Of a stretch of 64,000 nt of DNA, positions 1 through 9,233 are shown one piece after another. Positions within the stretch are counted from its first letter, which is position 1; every line of letters begins with the position of its first letter. The stretch spans positions 480,001 through 544,000 of the forward strand of contig CAWGMQ010000004.1 in NCBI GenBank assembly GCA_963823665.1. Direction: 5' to 3'. The position numbers and the translations under genes were made by a program. The stretch is from an uncultured Planctomycetota bacterium (GTDB lineage Bacteria; Planctomycetota; Planctomycetia; Isosphaerales; Isosphaeraceae). The notes beneath the pieces were generated by a model. The model was not told the origin of the DNA. It worked only from the letters and a program-made list of their open reading frames with translations, and made no database searches.

Positions 1-788
1 GCTTTCCCGAAACGGGGCAGAACGATACCGTTCTCGAGCAAATTCGCGGGCACGTTGATCAGGTTCTGTGGGCCCAAATGCAGGAAGAACAGGCTGACCG
101 CCGTGCCCAGGATGAAGATCCACACTGGAGGCGGCATGAGCTTGAAGAGCCGCCAGGGGATCGCGGCCAGGATAAAGAGGAGAGCGGTGCACACGATCCC
201 CAGTCCCAGGACCTGGAGATTCATCGACGCGAAGTGATGAGGTGCTTCCTGGAGCATGGGCCAGAACTCATGGGCTTCGAAATCCAGGCCCATGAACAGG
301 GGTATCTGCTTGGCGATGATCAGGAGACCAATAGCCGCCAGCATGCCCTCGATCGCGGCCGCCGGGAAGATGGCGCTCAACCGGGCCACTTTCAGCCTGG
401 CGAGAACCAGTTGCACGAGGCCGGCGCAGCAAATAGCCACCAGCACGAGGGGGTAACCCGCCTTTAGCATTTCGTCTTGGCCGGCGCGCTTGCCCACGTC
501 TACGCTCCCGAGCCAGATCATTCCGGCGAACAAAGGCGGCGCCAGTCCGGCGGCGGGCCCGCTGATCGTCACGTACGACCCACCCAGGAACGGGAGTACG
601 AAACCAGCGATGATCGCTGAGATGATCCCGCATATCGGCGGCGCGCCGGAGGTTATGGCGATCCCCATCGAAAACGGCAGTGAGATCATCGACACCATGA
701 ACCCCGAACGTAGATCGTACGGCCAATGCTTCAGACCCATCAGACCGTTCTGGGGCTTCTCCATTGTTTTTGTTGAATCAACGTGCAT
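1..788 (-). CDS. SulP/SLC26-family anion transporter (3' part runs off the window)
   Basis: Manual translation from ATG at 788: MHVDSTKTMEKPQNGLMGLKHWPYDLRSGFMVSMISLPFSMGIAITSGAPPICGIISAIIAGFVLPFLGGSYVTISGPAAGLA. This matches the SulP N-terminal pattern D..G.....LP..MG.A..SG......GS...ISGP. Not in the ORF track because the stop is outside the window. Confidence 0.85.
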   Translation of the reverse strand, partial: MHVDSTKTMEKPQNGLMGLKHWPYDLRSGFMVSMISLPFSMGIAITSGAPPICGIISAIIAGFVLPFLGGSYVTISGPAAGLAPPLFAGMIWLGSVDVGKRAGQDEMLKAGYPLVLVAICCAGLVQLVLARLKVARLSAIFPAAAIEGMLAAIGLLIIAKQIPLFMGLDFEAHEFWPMLQEAPHHFASMNLQVLGLGIVCTALLFILAAIPWRLFKLMPPPVWIFILGTAVSLFFLHLGPQNLINVPANLLENGIVLPRFGK

Positions 789-921
789 GAAGATCGTCCT
801 TTCGGGCTACGCCGCTTCTTCAGGAGGGAGATGAGGAATGGATTGTATGATCGGAAGGCCGCGCATTGAACGCACAGCTCGTCAGCCGATCCCGGGCGCC
901 ATCAAAGTGGCCACGTGGACG

Positions 922-1623
922 CTACATCGCCGACTTCCATAGACCCATGATTCGCTCCCGATCTAGTGCGGAAAAGGATTCGATCGATTTGCCCTCCCGC
1001 TTTCGGAGGAGGTCTGTAGGACCCGACGGTATTCGCCGATCCTCAAGCTCGCTGGGTACCAGGTCAGACGCCGGATTGTTCCGTCTGCGCAATTCCTGTA
1101 CTGCACGGCTGCGAGTTTCCGAGAGCAGCCGCGCCCGCGCTGCCGCAGGCGCGTCCGGCCGGATTTGCCGGAGCGCATTCGTTTCGGCCGCGTACCAAGC
1201 TAGCTCCTCTGCCGAGCCGATAATCAAGGGATACTCAACCATCGCCAATTGCAAATCGAGGAGCGTGCCGAAGAACGGGACCGACTGGCGCGCCCGCTTA
1301 CCAAGGGTTTGGTCGACAACCGCTCGCAGGTCGGCATTGAGCACCGCCGCAAGTCTCGCGCATTTGTAGTCACGGCAATCGAGTTGGGCCGAAGCGGAGC
1401 CGCGTTGGTGGGTTGCATCCCCGACTGCCGCCGTGGTCAGTCCTTCGCCGAAGGCGTAGAGACTGTCGCGGTGCAGGAACAACGGAGGTGACTCCGAGAA
1501 TGATCGCGCCGCGTGCTCAATCGCCGAAATTAGCTTCATGTCATCGTTCTTTTCTGTCATCGCGGAGGGCGGGTGAAGTGTCCGCGCCCCCACGACCCAT
1601 GGCCCCGGGTCCGATCCTTGCAT
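922..1623 (-). CDS. N-terminal fragment resembling DUF2309/DabA inorganic-carbon transporter subunit (truncated or degenerate)
   Basis: AIEHAARSFSESPPLFLHRDSLYAF, FGTLLDLQLAMVEYPL and EELAWYAAETNALRQIR resemble, from recall, the N-terminus of planctomycete DUF2309 proteins (AIEHAAHLLPAQGPI.VFIHHNTLHAF). Only about 230 aa, and no carbonic-anhydrase-like part. Start uncertain. Confidence 0.55.
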   Translation of the reverse strand: MQGSDPGPWVVGARTLHPPSAMTEKNDDMKLISAIEHAARSFSESPPLFLHRDSLYAFGEGLTTAAVGDATHQRGSASAQLDCRDYKCARLAAVLNADLRAVVDQTLGKRARQSVPFFGTLLDLQLAMVEYPLIIGSAEELAWYAAETNALRQIRPDAPAAARARLLSETRSRAVQELRRRNNPASDLVPSELEDRRIPSGPTDLLRKREGKSIESFSALDRERIMGLWKSAM

Positions 1624-1763
1624 GACCGGGACGCGCTCAACGAAGGACAGAGCCGGCCCGTGATGGCAGGAAGGCGGCGTCCTGAGTGCTGTTAGCCCTC
1701 ATCTGTGCGGCGCAATTCGGCGATCACGCGCCTCGTTCTTGGTTTCGTGGTGACGACGCTCTC

Positions 1764-1806
1764 TTGACATTTTTAGGACTTAATCGAATATTGTCCAAAG
1801 ATGTCA
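1764..1806 (+). promoter_or_regulatory. Sigma70-like promoter overlapped by an imperfect palindrome (candidate operator)
   Basis: TTGACA at 1764-1769, 17-bp spacer, AATATT at 1787-1792. TGACATTTTTAGGAC and GTCCAAAGATGTCA form an imperfect inverted repeat spanning 1765-1806. Confidence 0.5.
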
Positions 1807-1856
1807 CATTGAGTCAAGAATGTCCTGCCTGTACCAGTCGACCGCACCTAGCGGCA

Positions 1857-2036
1857 ATGGGGGATCGAATGCCCGAGACCGTCGTTCACTTCCAAATCCG
1901 CATGCCGCCGGTGGTTCACGAACAGCTCGCAAGTTGGGCCAAGGACGAGAAGAACTCGCTCAATGCGCTGATCGTGTCGCTTTTGGTCGAGTCCGCGGCG
2001 CGCCGAGACGCGGAGACCACCCGTGCGGCTGGCTGA
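1857..2036 (+). CDS. Small Arc/HicB-like ribbon-helix-helix DNA-binding protein
   Basis: VHFQIRMPPVVHEQLASWAKDEKNSLNALIVSLL fits the RHH pattern (F.IR.P..LH..L...A.....SLN..IV..L). ATG at 1857 or 1869. Confidence 0.75.
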   Translation: MGDRMPETVVHFQIRMPPVVHEQLASWAKDEKNSLNALIVSLLVESAARRDAETTRAAG

Positions 2037-2133
2037 CAATCCACGGTCGTTGCCATTCGCGCTGCCATGCGATGATCCGCGACATCACCCTGGTCGGCTA
2101 CTTTGGTCGTGCCTGGGCTCTCGGCGCGAGGCG

Positions 2134-2142
2134 TGTTATACT
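2134..2142 (+). promoter_or_regulatory. Extended -10 element upstream of the HTH-EIIA/ehr operon
   Basis: TG-T-TATACT about 50 bp upstream of the ATG at 2194. Confidence 0.35.
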
Positions 2143-2193
2143 GAAATCGCCCCCTTTCTTAACACTTTCGGCGAAGGTACGCCGTGCCCCACC

Positions 2194-2928
2194 ATGAACC
2201 TCTCGGTCCGTGACGCCGCAAGTCTTCTGAAGGTTTCGGAAAAGACGATTTATCGCTGGATCCATCAGCAAGTCGTGCCCGCTTATCGGGTGCAGGAGCA
2301 GTACCGCTTCAACCGGGCGGAACTCTTGGAGTGGGCGACATCACGCAAGCTGAATGTCTCGAGCGAGATCTTCTTGGAGCCCGAGGCCGAGGGGTTGCCC
2401 ATTCCTACCCTGGTCGCCGCGCTTGAGGCGGGGGGGGTGCACTACCGGGTTTCGGGCTCCGACAAAGGAGGCGCGCTGCGCGAAGTCCTGCAACTGCTGC
2501 GCCTGCCAGACGAGGTGGACCGGGAATTCCTGCTTCGGGTACTTCTGGCGCGGGAGGCCATTGCACCGACTGCGATCGGTGATGGCATCGCTATTCCGCA
2601 CGTCCGGAACCCGGTCGTGCTGCATGTTGGCCGGCCTTCAATCACACTGTGCTTTCTCGAACAAGCTATCGATTACGGTGCCCTGGATTGCAAACCCGTG
2701 CATACACTGTTTACGATCATAAGCCCAACCACGCGGGCGCACTTGCACCTCATGTCCAGGTTGGCATTCGTCCTTCGAGACGCTGAAGTCCGCCACGCGA
2801 TCGAGCGGCAGGAATCCCGCCCGCAACTGCTCCGCGAGGTAGCGCGTGCTGAAGAGCAGCTCGCTCCGTCCAATACGCCTTGTCCGCCGCCGGTCGAGGT
2901 CGGCGCGTCGCACTCGGGCTTGCGCTAG
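2194..2928 (+). CDS. Excisionase-type HTH fused to PTS EIIA (Ntr/fructose-mannitol type) domain
   Basis: N-terminal MNLSVRDAASLLKVSEKTIYRW...YRFNRAELLEW (HTH_17-like). C-terminal LLAREAIAPTAIGDGIAIPH carries the EIIA phospho-His motif. Confidence 0.9.
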   Translation: MNLSVRDAASLLKVSEKTIYRWIHQQVVPAYRVQEQYRFNRAELLEWATSRKLNVSSEIFLEPEAEGLPIPTLVAALEAGGVHYRVSGSDKGGALREVLQLLRLPDEVDREFLLRVLLAREAIAPTAIGDGIAIPHVRNPVVLHVGRPSITLCFLEQAIDYGALDCKPVHTLFTIISPTTRAHLHLMSRLAFVLRDAEVRHAIERQESRPQLLREVARAEEQLAPSNTPCPPPVEVGASHSGLR

Positions 2929-2972
2929 AGGTCTGGCGCGATGCGTCTCCAAGGTCGGGAGAGAAGATATCG

Positions 2973-3665
2973 ATGCAATTAACAGTTCGGGACGTCAGCA
3001 AGTTCCTCCAGGTGTCCGATTCCACGGTGACCCGCTGGATCAAACAGCGTGGTCTTCCTACCCATCAGGTCGGCGGTCGATTCCATTTCAACCGAGTCGA
3101 GCTCCTGGAGTGGGCGACGGCCAATCGCCTCAAGGTGTGTGTGGAGGCGTTCGACCAATTGGCGCCGGAGGACGAGCCCAGCTCAAGTCTGGTCGAGGCG
3201 CTCGAAACGGGCGGGATTTTCTATCACATGACGGATTCCACGAAGGAGCGTACATTGGGGGCCCTGGTCGAGGTATTGCCGCTTCCGGAGACCGTCGACC
3301 GCGAGTTGCTGCTTCGGCTCTTACTCGCCAGAGAAGCATCGGCAAGTACGGCAATCGGTGACGGTATCGCACTGCCGCATGTTAGAAACCCGATCGTTCT
3401 CCATGTCGCGCGCCCGATGGTCACCGCGTGTTTTCTGCAACATCCCGTCGACTTCGGTGCGCTCGATGGCAAGCCCGTGCACACACTCTTCTCCCTCATC
3501 TGCCCAACGGTGCGGAGCCATTTGCAGCTTCTCTCGCGGCTGTCATACGCATTGCATGATGTGAAGTTCAAGGACGTCGTGCTGCGCCAAGGCCAACGCG
3601 ACGAGATTCTGCGGGAGGCGCGCCGAGTGGAGGCAACGTTTGCCGCGCCGGCCAACCGCGCTTGA
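2973..3665 (+). CDS. Second HTH-PTS EIIA fusion protein (tandem paralog)
   Basis: MQLTVRDVSKFLQVSDSTVTRW...STAIGDGIALPHVRNP is collinear with 2194-2928. Confidence 0.9.
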   Translation: MQLTVRDVSKFLQVSDSTVTRWIKQRGLPTHQVGGRFHFNRVELLEWATANRLKVCVEAFDQLAPEDEPSSSLVEALETGGIFYHMTDSTKERTLGALVEVLPLPETVDRELLLRLLLAREASASTAIGDGIALPHVRNPIVLHVARPMVTACFLQHPVDFGALDGKPVHTLFSLICPTVRSHLQLLSRLSYALHDVKFKDVVLRQGQRDEILREARRVEATFAAPANRA

Positions 3666-5680
3666 GGGCGAACCATTCGATGGACGTCAAGGACGAACGC
3701 GGCCGGTCGAGGCATTCCGGGCAGAAACGGGACTCCCAAGGCTTACTCACGACGGTCTGCGGTGCGGGCGTCGTCGTCGCGGCCTGCTTCGTCGTTCTGA
3801 TTCCGACGCTTCAAGTCCTGGTCCGAGGGTCATCCCTGTCTGTGAGTCTGCCCTGGGACGTCCCCCACGGGAACTTCCGCATCGGCCTGGACATGCTTAG
3901 CGCATTTTTCCTGCTGCCCGTCCTGGTTCTTTCCGCGCTCGCAGCCGTTTACGGCGCCGACTATCTTCTGCCATTTCGCGGCAAGAAATCCCTTGCTACT
4001 TCCTGGTTCTTCTTCGCCACGTTTGTGGCCGGGATGGTGATGGTCTTGATCGCCCGGACGGCGCTCCTTTTCCTCATGTCGTGGGAGGCGATGTCGCTCT
4101 CGGCCTATTTCCTGGTCACGTTCGAGCACGAGAAGGACGATGTGCGCCGGGCGGGTTGGATCTATCTGGTCGCGGCTCACATTGGCGTCGCTTTTCTATT
4201 TGCGACTTTTTTCCTCCTCGGACGCCAGGCGGGCGGCCTTGATTTTGACTCGTTCTCGAGGATCCCGGCGATTGCAGCCGGTCCAGCGGGGTTGATCTTC
4301 GTGTTGGCGCTCGTCGGATTCGGCGCGAAAGCGGGCCTTGTTCCGTTCCACGTCTGGCTTCCCGAAGCCCACCCGGCCGCTCCGTCGCACGTCTCGGCCT
4401 TGATGTCCGGCGTGATGATCAAGATGGGCATATACGGGCTCCTTCGAGTTGTGTCCTTCATAGGCCCTCCCGCCTCATGGTGGGGGCTCTCCCTCGGTGC
4501 ATTGGGTCTACTCACCGCTCTGGTCGGGATCTCGCTGGCTGTTTACCAGCGAGATATGAAGCGAGTGCTCGCCTATTCCAGCATCGAGAACATGGGTCTG
4601 ATCGGCCTTGCCTTGGGTGCAGGTCTCTTCGGTTTCTCCAGTGGGCATAGCGCCGTCGCGGCGCTGGCCACATCGGCTGGGCTGCTTCACATCTGGAACC
4701 ACGCTCTGATGAAGTGTCTGATGTTCTTCGCCGCCGGCAGTGTGCTACATGGGACGGGCACAAAGGACATGGAAAAGCTCGGCGGAGTTGCGAGGAGAAT
4801 GCCATGGACCGGTGGCACGATGATCATCGGGGCGGTCGCAATTTCGGCGCTGCCGCCCTTGAATGGCTTCGTCAGCAAGTGGCTCTTGTACCTGAGCCTG
4901 ATGAAGTACGGTTTAACAACGGGTGGCGGGCGCGGCTTGACGGCCTTGCTCGCGGTCGGGGTCCTCGCCCTGGTTGGCGGTTTGGCGGGAATCGCGTTCG
5001 TGCGTCTGACGGGAATCGCACTGCTGGGTTCGCCAAGAAGCGAAGCCGCCCGCCACGCCCACGAGTCCTCGCCCTGGATGCTCGCCCCGATGGCGTGCCT
5101 GATGTTCCTTTGCTTGGCCGCGGCGGTCCTTCCTCAAGAGATCGCGCGACTTTTCCCTGGCATCTACGACCTGGTCCTCGGCAAGCGTGCCGGTCAGGGC
5201 TTCCCGGGTCTGGAGCCGCTTCAGGCGGGGCTGTCGACGCTCGGCATAATCGACGCCTGCACCGTGACCGCGCTCGCCGTGATGATGGCCGCCATTGGCG
5301 CGTTGATTCGAATAGGGGCGAAGGCTAAAGGCCCGACCTGGGGCTGTGGATACCTCGCCCCGACGCAACGGATGCAATACACCGGGTCGTCTTTCTCGGA
5401 AATGATGGCGGAGCACTTGCTGCCTCGCGTTCTGAGACCACGGACGACCCGGCAAGCTCCTCGCGGCTTGTTTCCATCCGCGAGTGAATTCGGCGAAGAG
5501 CGCCCTGATCCCTTTAGCGACAAGGTCTACGATCCGTTCTTCCGGCGCTGGGCGGAGCGTTTTTCTCGGCTTCGGATTCTCCAACAGGGAAAGGTCAACG
5601 TCTATCTGGTATACATCGTGTTCATGGTCGTGCTGGCCCTGGCGTGGGTGGCCTTCCGGGGGTACTGGAGCGCGTCATGA
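3662..5680 (+). CDS. hyfB: HyfB-like (NuoL/MrpA-family) antiporter-like membrane subunit of an Ehr/hydrogenase-4-like complex
   Basis: Polytopic membrane protein with FLMSWEAMS, KAGLVPFHVWLPEAHPAAPSHVSALMSG, LAYSSIEN, NHALMK, PPLNGFVSKW and TWGCGY..RMQYT. Start may be the ATG at 3680. Confidence 0.9.
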   Translation: MRANHSMDVKDERGRSRHSGQKRDSQGLLTTVCGAGVVVAACFVVLIPTLQVLVRGSSLSVSLPWDVPHGNFRIGLDMLSAFFLLPVLVLSALAAVYGADYLLPFRGKKSLATSWFFFATFVAGMVMVLIARTALLFLMSWEAMSLSAYFLVTFEHEKDDVRRAGWIYLVAAHIGVAFLFATFFLLGRQAGGLDFDSFSRIPAIAAGPAGLIFVLALVGFGAKAGLVPFHVWLPEAHPAAPSHVSALMSGVMIKMGIYGLLRVVSFIGPPASWWGLSLGALGLLTALVGISLAVYQRDMKRVLAYSSIENMGLIGLALGAGLFGFSSGHSAVAALATSAGLLHIWNHALMKCLMFFAAGSVLHGTGTKDMEKLGGVARRMPWTGGTMIIGAVAISALPPLNGFVSKWLLYLSLMKYGLTTGGGRGLTALLAVGVLALVGGLAGIAFVRLTGIALLGSPRSEAARHAHESSPWMLAPMACLMFLCLAAAVLPQEIARLFPGIYDLVLGKRAGQGFPGLEPLQAGLSTLGIIDACTVTALAVMMAAIGALIRIGAKAKGPTWGCGYLAPTQRMQYTGSSFSEMMAEHLLPRVLRPRTTRQAPRGLFPSASEFGEERPDPFSDKVYDPFFRRWAERFSRLRILQQGKVNVYLVYIVFMVVLALAWVAFRGYWSAS

Positions 5681-7656
5681 GCGAGTGGCTGGTTGTATCG
5701 GGAACGATTGTGGCCGCCTTGAGCGGTCTGCCAGGCCTGTTGCGCGGTCGCGGTTCGATGAGCGGACAGTGGATGACCACCGTGCTTGCCGTGCTGGCGT
5801 CCGGCCTGGGCCTGGGGGGTGTCTTCTGGTTCTGGACGTCGGGAGAGAGCCGCCCGATCGTAATGCCCTGGGCCATCCCCGGCGCGCAGTTCAACGTAGC
5901 CATCGACGGTTTGTCGGCCTTCTTCCTTGTACCGGTCTTTCTGGTTTCGCTTTTGGGAAACATCTACGGGCTGGGCTACTGGAAGCAGACCGAGCACCCG
6001 CAGAACGGCCGGAGGCTCCGGGTTTTCTACGGAACGTTGACCGCCGGTATGGCACTGCAACTGATTGCACGCGACGGCATACTTTTCCTGTTCGGCTGGG
6101 AGATCATGGGCCTTTCGACCTTTTTTCTGATCATGACGGAGGACCAGGAAAAAGACGTCCAGGAAGCCGGGTGGATCTACCTGGTTGTCACGCATACTGC
6201 AACACTCTGCCTGTTCGGAATCTTTGCGCTCTTGCGCGCCGGCAGTGGCTCGTTCTTGATCGCCCCGCTTGAGCCGGATGCCCTGACGCCGGGAGTGGCG
6301 ACTGCGATTTTCGTGTTGTCGCTCGTCGGTTTCGGCTCGAAGGCCGGCATCATGCCCTTGCACATCTGGCTGCCCAGTGCGCACGCCGTCGCACCCAGCC
6401 ATGTCTCGGCGATCATGTCAGGGGTCAACATCAAAGTCGCCACATACGGCCTCATCCGCGTAATGTCCCTGATGCCAGCTCCGCCGCTGGCGTGGGGTGC
6501 CATCGTCCTGGCGCTGGGCGTGGTGTCGGGCGTCCTTGGCGTGGCGCTTGCTATCGGTCAACACGATCTGAAGCGGCTGCTGGCGTACCATAGCATCGAG
6601 AACATCGGAATCATCGTGATCGGGCTGGGACTGGCGCTCATCGGCCGCTCGATCGGCCGCGAGGATCTGGTGATTCTCGGTCTGGGTGGTTGTTTGCTGC
6701 ATGTCTGGAACCACGCCCTGTTCAAGGCCCTGCTGTTTTTGAGCGCCGGCTCCATCATCCACTCCGTCCACACCCGCGAAATCGATCATATGGGGGGTCT
6801 GGCGAAGTCGATGCCGTGGACTTCCCTCTGCTTCGTGGTCGGGTCGGTCGCGATCTGCGGCTTGCCGCCGCTGAACGGATTTGTCAGCGAGTTTCTCATA
6901 TACCTCGGCCTGTTCGGCACGCTCACAAACGGGGCCGGCCGCACGTTCGCCGGTGGATCGTTTGCCGCGCCGGCACTCGCCCTGATCGGCGCTCTGGCGG
7001 TCGCCTGTTTTGTGAAGGTATACGGAGCGATCTTCCTGGGTACGCCACGGTCGGAACATGCTCGGCATGCACACGAAGCTCCGCTCTCCATGATCGGGCC
7101 GATGAGCGTGCTGGTTGGGTGCTGCTTCCTGATCGGGCTCGCCCCACGGCGTGTGGCGCCGATGCTGGCGAGTGGTATCTCGGCCTGGGCACCGAGCCTG
7201 AACGAGCCGGGCTCGCGCCTCGTCTCGTTGGCCCCCCTGAACTGGATAACGACCATGGGCCTGCTGCTGGTCGCGGCCCTGATGTTGGCTGGCTCATTGC
7301 TACGGTTCCAGGTCGCCCGCGCTCCGGTCGCCAGCGGCGCCACCTGGGGTTGCGGTTACCTGGCGCCGACCCCGCGCATGCAATACACGTCGTCCTCATT
7401 CGCGCAGATGCTGGTCGGGATGTTCGCCTGGGTGCTTCGCCCCCGGACGCACGGGCCAGAAGAGTTGCCGCTGTTCCCGCGGCAGGCTAATTTCCACAGC
7501 GAAGTGCCCGACGCAGTGCTTGACGAGGCCGTGCTTCCTTTCTTCCATTTCACCGCAAGGCTGTTTTCCGCGTTCCGGGTGTTTCAGCAGGGAAACATTC
7601 AGGCTTATCTACTTTATATTTTCCTCGCCCTGATCATTCTGCTGCTTTGGCGTTAA
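5677..7656 (+). CDS. hyfB: Second HyfB-like antiporter-like membrane subunit
   Basis: KAGIMPLHIWLPSAHAVAPSHVSAIMSG, LLAYHSIENIG, NHALFK, PPLNGFVSEF and TWGCGY. ATGA overlap with the previous gene. Confidence 0.9.
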   Translation: MSEWLVVSGTIVAALSGLPGLLRGRGSMSGQWMTTVLAVLASGLGLGGVFWFWTSGESRPIVMPWAIPGAQFNVAIDGLSAFFLVPVFLVSLLGNIYGLGYWKQTEHPQNGRRLRVFYGTLTAGMALQLIARDGILFLFGWEIMGLSTFFLIMTEDQEKDVQEAGWIYLVVTHTATLCLFGIFALLRAGSGSFLIAPLEPDALTPGVATAIFVLSLVGFGSKAGIMPLHIWLPSAHAVAPSHVSAIMSGVNIKVATYGLIRVMSLMPAPPLAWGAIVLALGVVSGVLGVALAIGQHDLKRLLAYHSIENIGIIVIGLGLALIGRSIGREDLVILGLGGCLLHVWNHALFKALLFLSAGSIIHSVHTREIDHMGGLAKSMPWTSLCFVVGSVAICGLPPLNGFVSEFLIYLGLFGTLTNGAGRTFAGGSFAAPALALIGALAVACFVKVYGAIFLGTPRSEHARHAHEAPLSMIGPMSVLVGCCFLIGLAPRRVAPMLASGISAWAPSLNEPGSRLVSLAPLNWITTMGLLLVAALMLAGSLLRFQVARAPVASGATWGCGYLAPTPRMQYTSSSFAQMLVGMFAWVLRPRTHGPEELPLFPRQANFHSEVPDAVLDEAVLPFFHFTARLFSAFRVFQQGNIQAYLLYIFLALIILLLWR

Positions 7657-7666
7657 AAGGAACGCG

Positions 7667-8584
7667 ATGGGAACGATCATTCATAACGCGATCCATGTGC
7701 TCCTGGCGCTCGGCCTGGCGCCGCTGCTGTTGGGGGTCATCGCCAAGACGAAGGCGCTTTTTGCCGGCCGCGTCGGGCCGCCGGTCTTGCAGCCGTACCA
7801 TGACCTCATGAGGCTTTTCCGAAAGGGCTCGGTCATCAGCACGACGACGACCTGGGTGTTCCTGGCCGGGCCGGTCGTGAGCCTGGTCACCGCGGGAATC
7901 GCGGTGCTGTTGATTCCACTCACGGAGTCCACGGCGCCGATCTCGTTCACGGGCGACTTGATTCTTTTAGCGTATCTCCTCGGATTGGGTCGATTCTTCA
8001 CCGCACTGGCAGCCCTGGACACGGGTTCTGCGTTCGAGGGCATGGGCGCCGCCCGCGAGGTTACCTTCGCCTGCCTGGCGGAACCGGCGTTCTTCCTGGG
8101 GCTGCTCGTGCTCGCCAAACTTTCCGGGTCACTTCAATTGGCGGGCATGTTAGGTGGGTCGATCGCGGCCGAATGGTCGACGGCGGGGGCCTCGCTCTGC
8201 CTTGTCCTGCTCAGTTGGTTCATCGTGCTACTTGTGGAGAACTCGCGGATTCCGTTCGATGATCCCAATACGCATCTGGAGCTCACCATGATCCACGAGG
8301 TGATGGTCCTCGATCACAGCGGGCCGGCCTTCGGCATGATCCTCTACGGGGCGGCGCTCAAATTGTTCGTGTTCGGCGCGCTGATCGTCCGCCTGGCATT
8401 CCCGCTCTCGAGCGGCTCTGCCTGGCTCGACTGGCCCATATTTGCCGGGGAGATGCTCGTCCTGGCGGCGGCCGTCGGCATTGTGGAATCGATCATGGCG
8501 CGGCTCCGCATGCCGCACATCCCCGTGCTCCTGCTCGCAGCCTGCTTGTTGTCGGCCTTTGGAATCATCCTGCTCGTAAGGTGA
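7667..8584 (+). CDS. hyfC: HyfC/NuoH-like membrane subunit
   Basis: GRVGPPVLQPYHDL, DTGSAFEGMGAARE and ENSRIPFDDPNTHLELTMIHEVMVLDHSG. Confidence 0.92.
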   Translation: MGTIIHNAIHVLLALGLAPLLLGVIAKTKALFAGRVGPPVLQPYHDLMRLFRKGSVISTTTTWVFLAGPVVSLVTAGIAVLLIPLTESTAPISFTGDLILLAYLLGLGRFFTALAALDTGSAFEGMGAAREVTFACLAEPAFFLGLLVLAKLSGSLQLAGMLGGSIAAEWSTAGASLCLVLLSWFIVLLVENSRIPFDDPNTHLELTMIHEVMVLDHSGPAFGMILYGAALKLFVFGALIVRLAFPLSSGSAWLDWPIFAGEMLVLAAAVGIVESIMARLRMPHIPVLLLAACLLSAFGIILLVR

Positions 8585-8588
8585 AACG

Positions 8589-9230
8589 ATGGACCAGTTC
8601 GTCGATCCGCTCTTGATTCTGGCCCTCGCGCTCAACTTCGTGGCACTTGGCGTCAGCCGGATTCGCGGCGTGATCAGCGCGGTGGCGCTGCAGGGAATTC
8701 TGCTGGGGATTCTGGCGCTCCTGGTTCACCCGGTTGTCGGGCTACGGGGCATTCTGCTGGTCGTCGTGACGATCGGCTTGAAGGGATTCATCATTCCCAG
8801 GTTCCTCGTTCATGCCATGCGGGAGGCGAACATCCAGCACGAGGTCAAGCCGGTCGTCAACTTCATGTCCTCGCTCACGCTGGGGGCTCTCGGCACCGGC
8901 CTGGCGATGGTGTTTGCGTATACGCTTCCGCTGGCCGAGGAGCACAAGAACTCGCTGCTGGTGCCGGCCTCCCTTTCGACGGTATGGACCGGCTTCCTCA
9001 TGCTGACGACGCGCAAGGAGGCGATCAATCAGGTGCTCGGCTATTTGCTCCTGGAGAACGGGGTCTTCCTGTTCGGCCTGTTGTTGCTCGAGGCGATGCC
9101 CTTCCTCGTAGAAGTCGGCTTGTTACTCGACCTGTTCACCGGTGTGTTCGTGATGGGAATCGTTATCCACCACATCAGCCGCGAGTTCACCTCGATCAGC
9201 ACCGAGTATCTTTCCGAGTTGAAGGAATAA
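8589..9230 (+). CDS. hyfE: HyfE-like membrane subunit
   Basis: Hydrophobic 213 aa with QVLGYLLLENG...PFLVEVGLLLD. Lies between hyfC and hyfF. Confidence 0.88.
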   Translation: MDQFVDPLLILALALNFVALGVSRIRGVISAVALQGILLGILALLVHPVVGLRGILLVVVTIGLKGFIIPRFLVHAMREANIQHEVKPVVNFMSSLTLGALGTGLAMVFAYTLPLAEEHKNSLLVPASLSTVWTGFLMLTTRKEAINQVLGYLLLENGVFLFGLLLLEAMPFLVEVGLLLDLFTGVFVMGIVIHHISREFTSISTEYLSELKE

Positions 9231-9233
9231 GTG

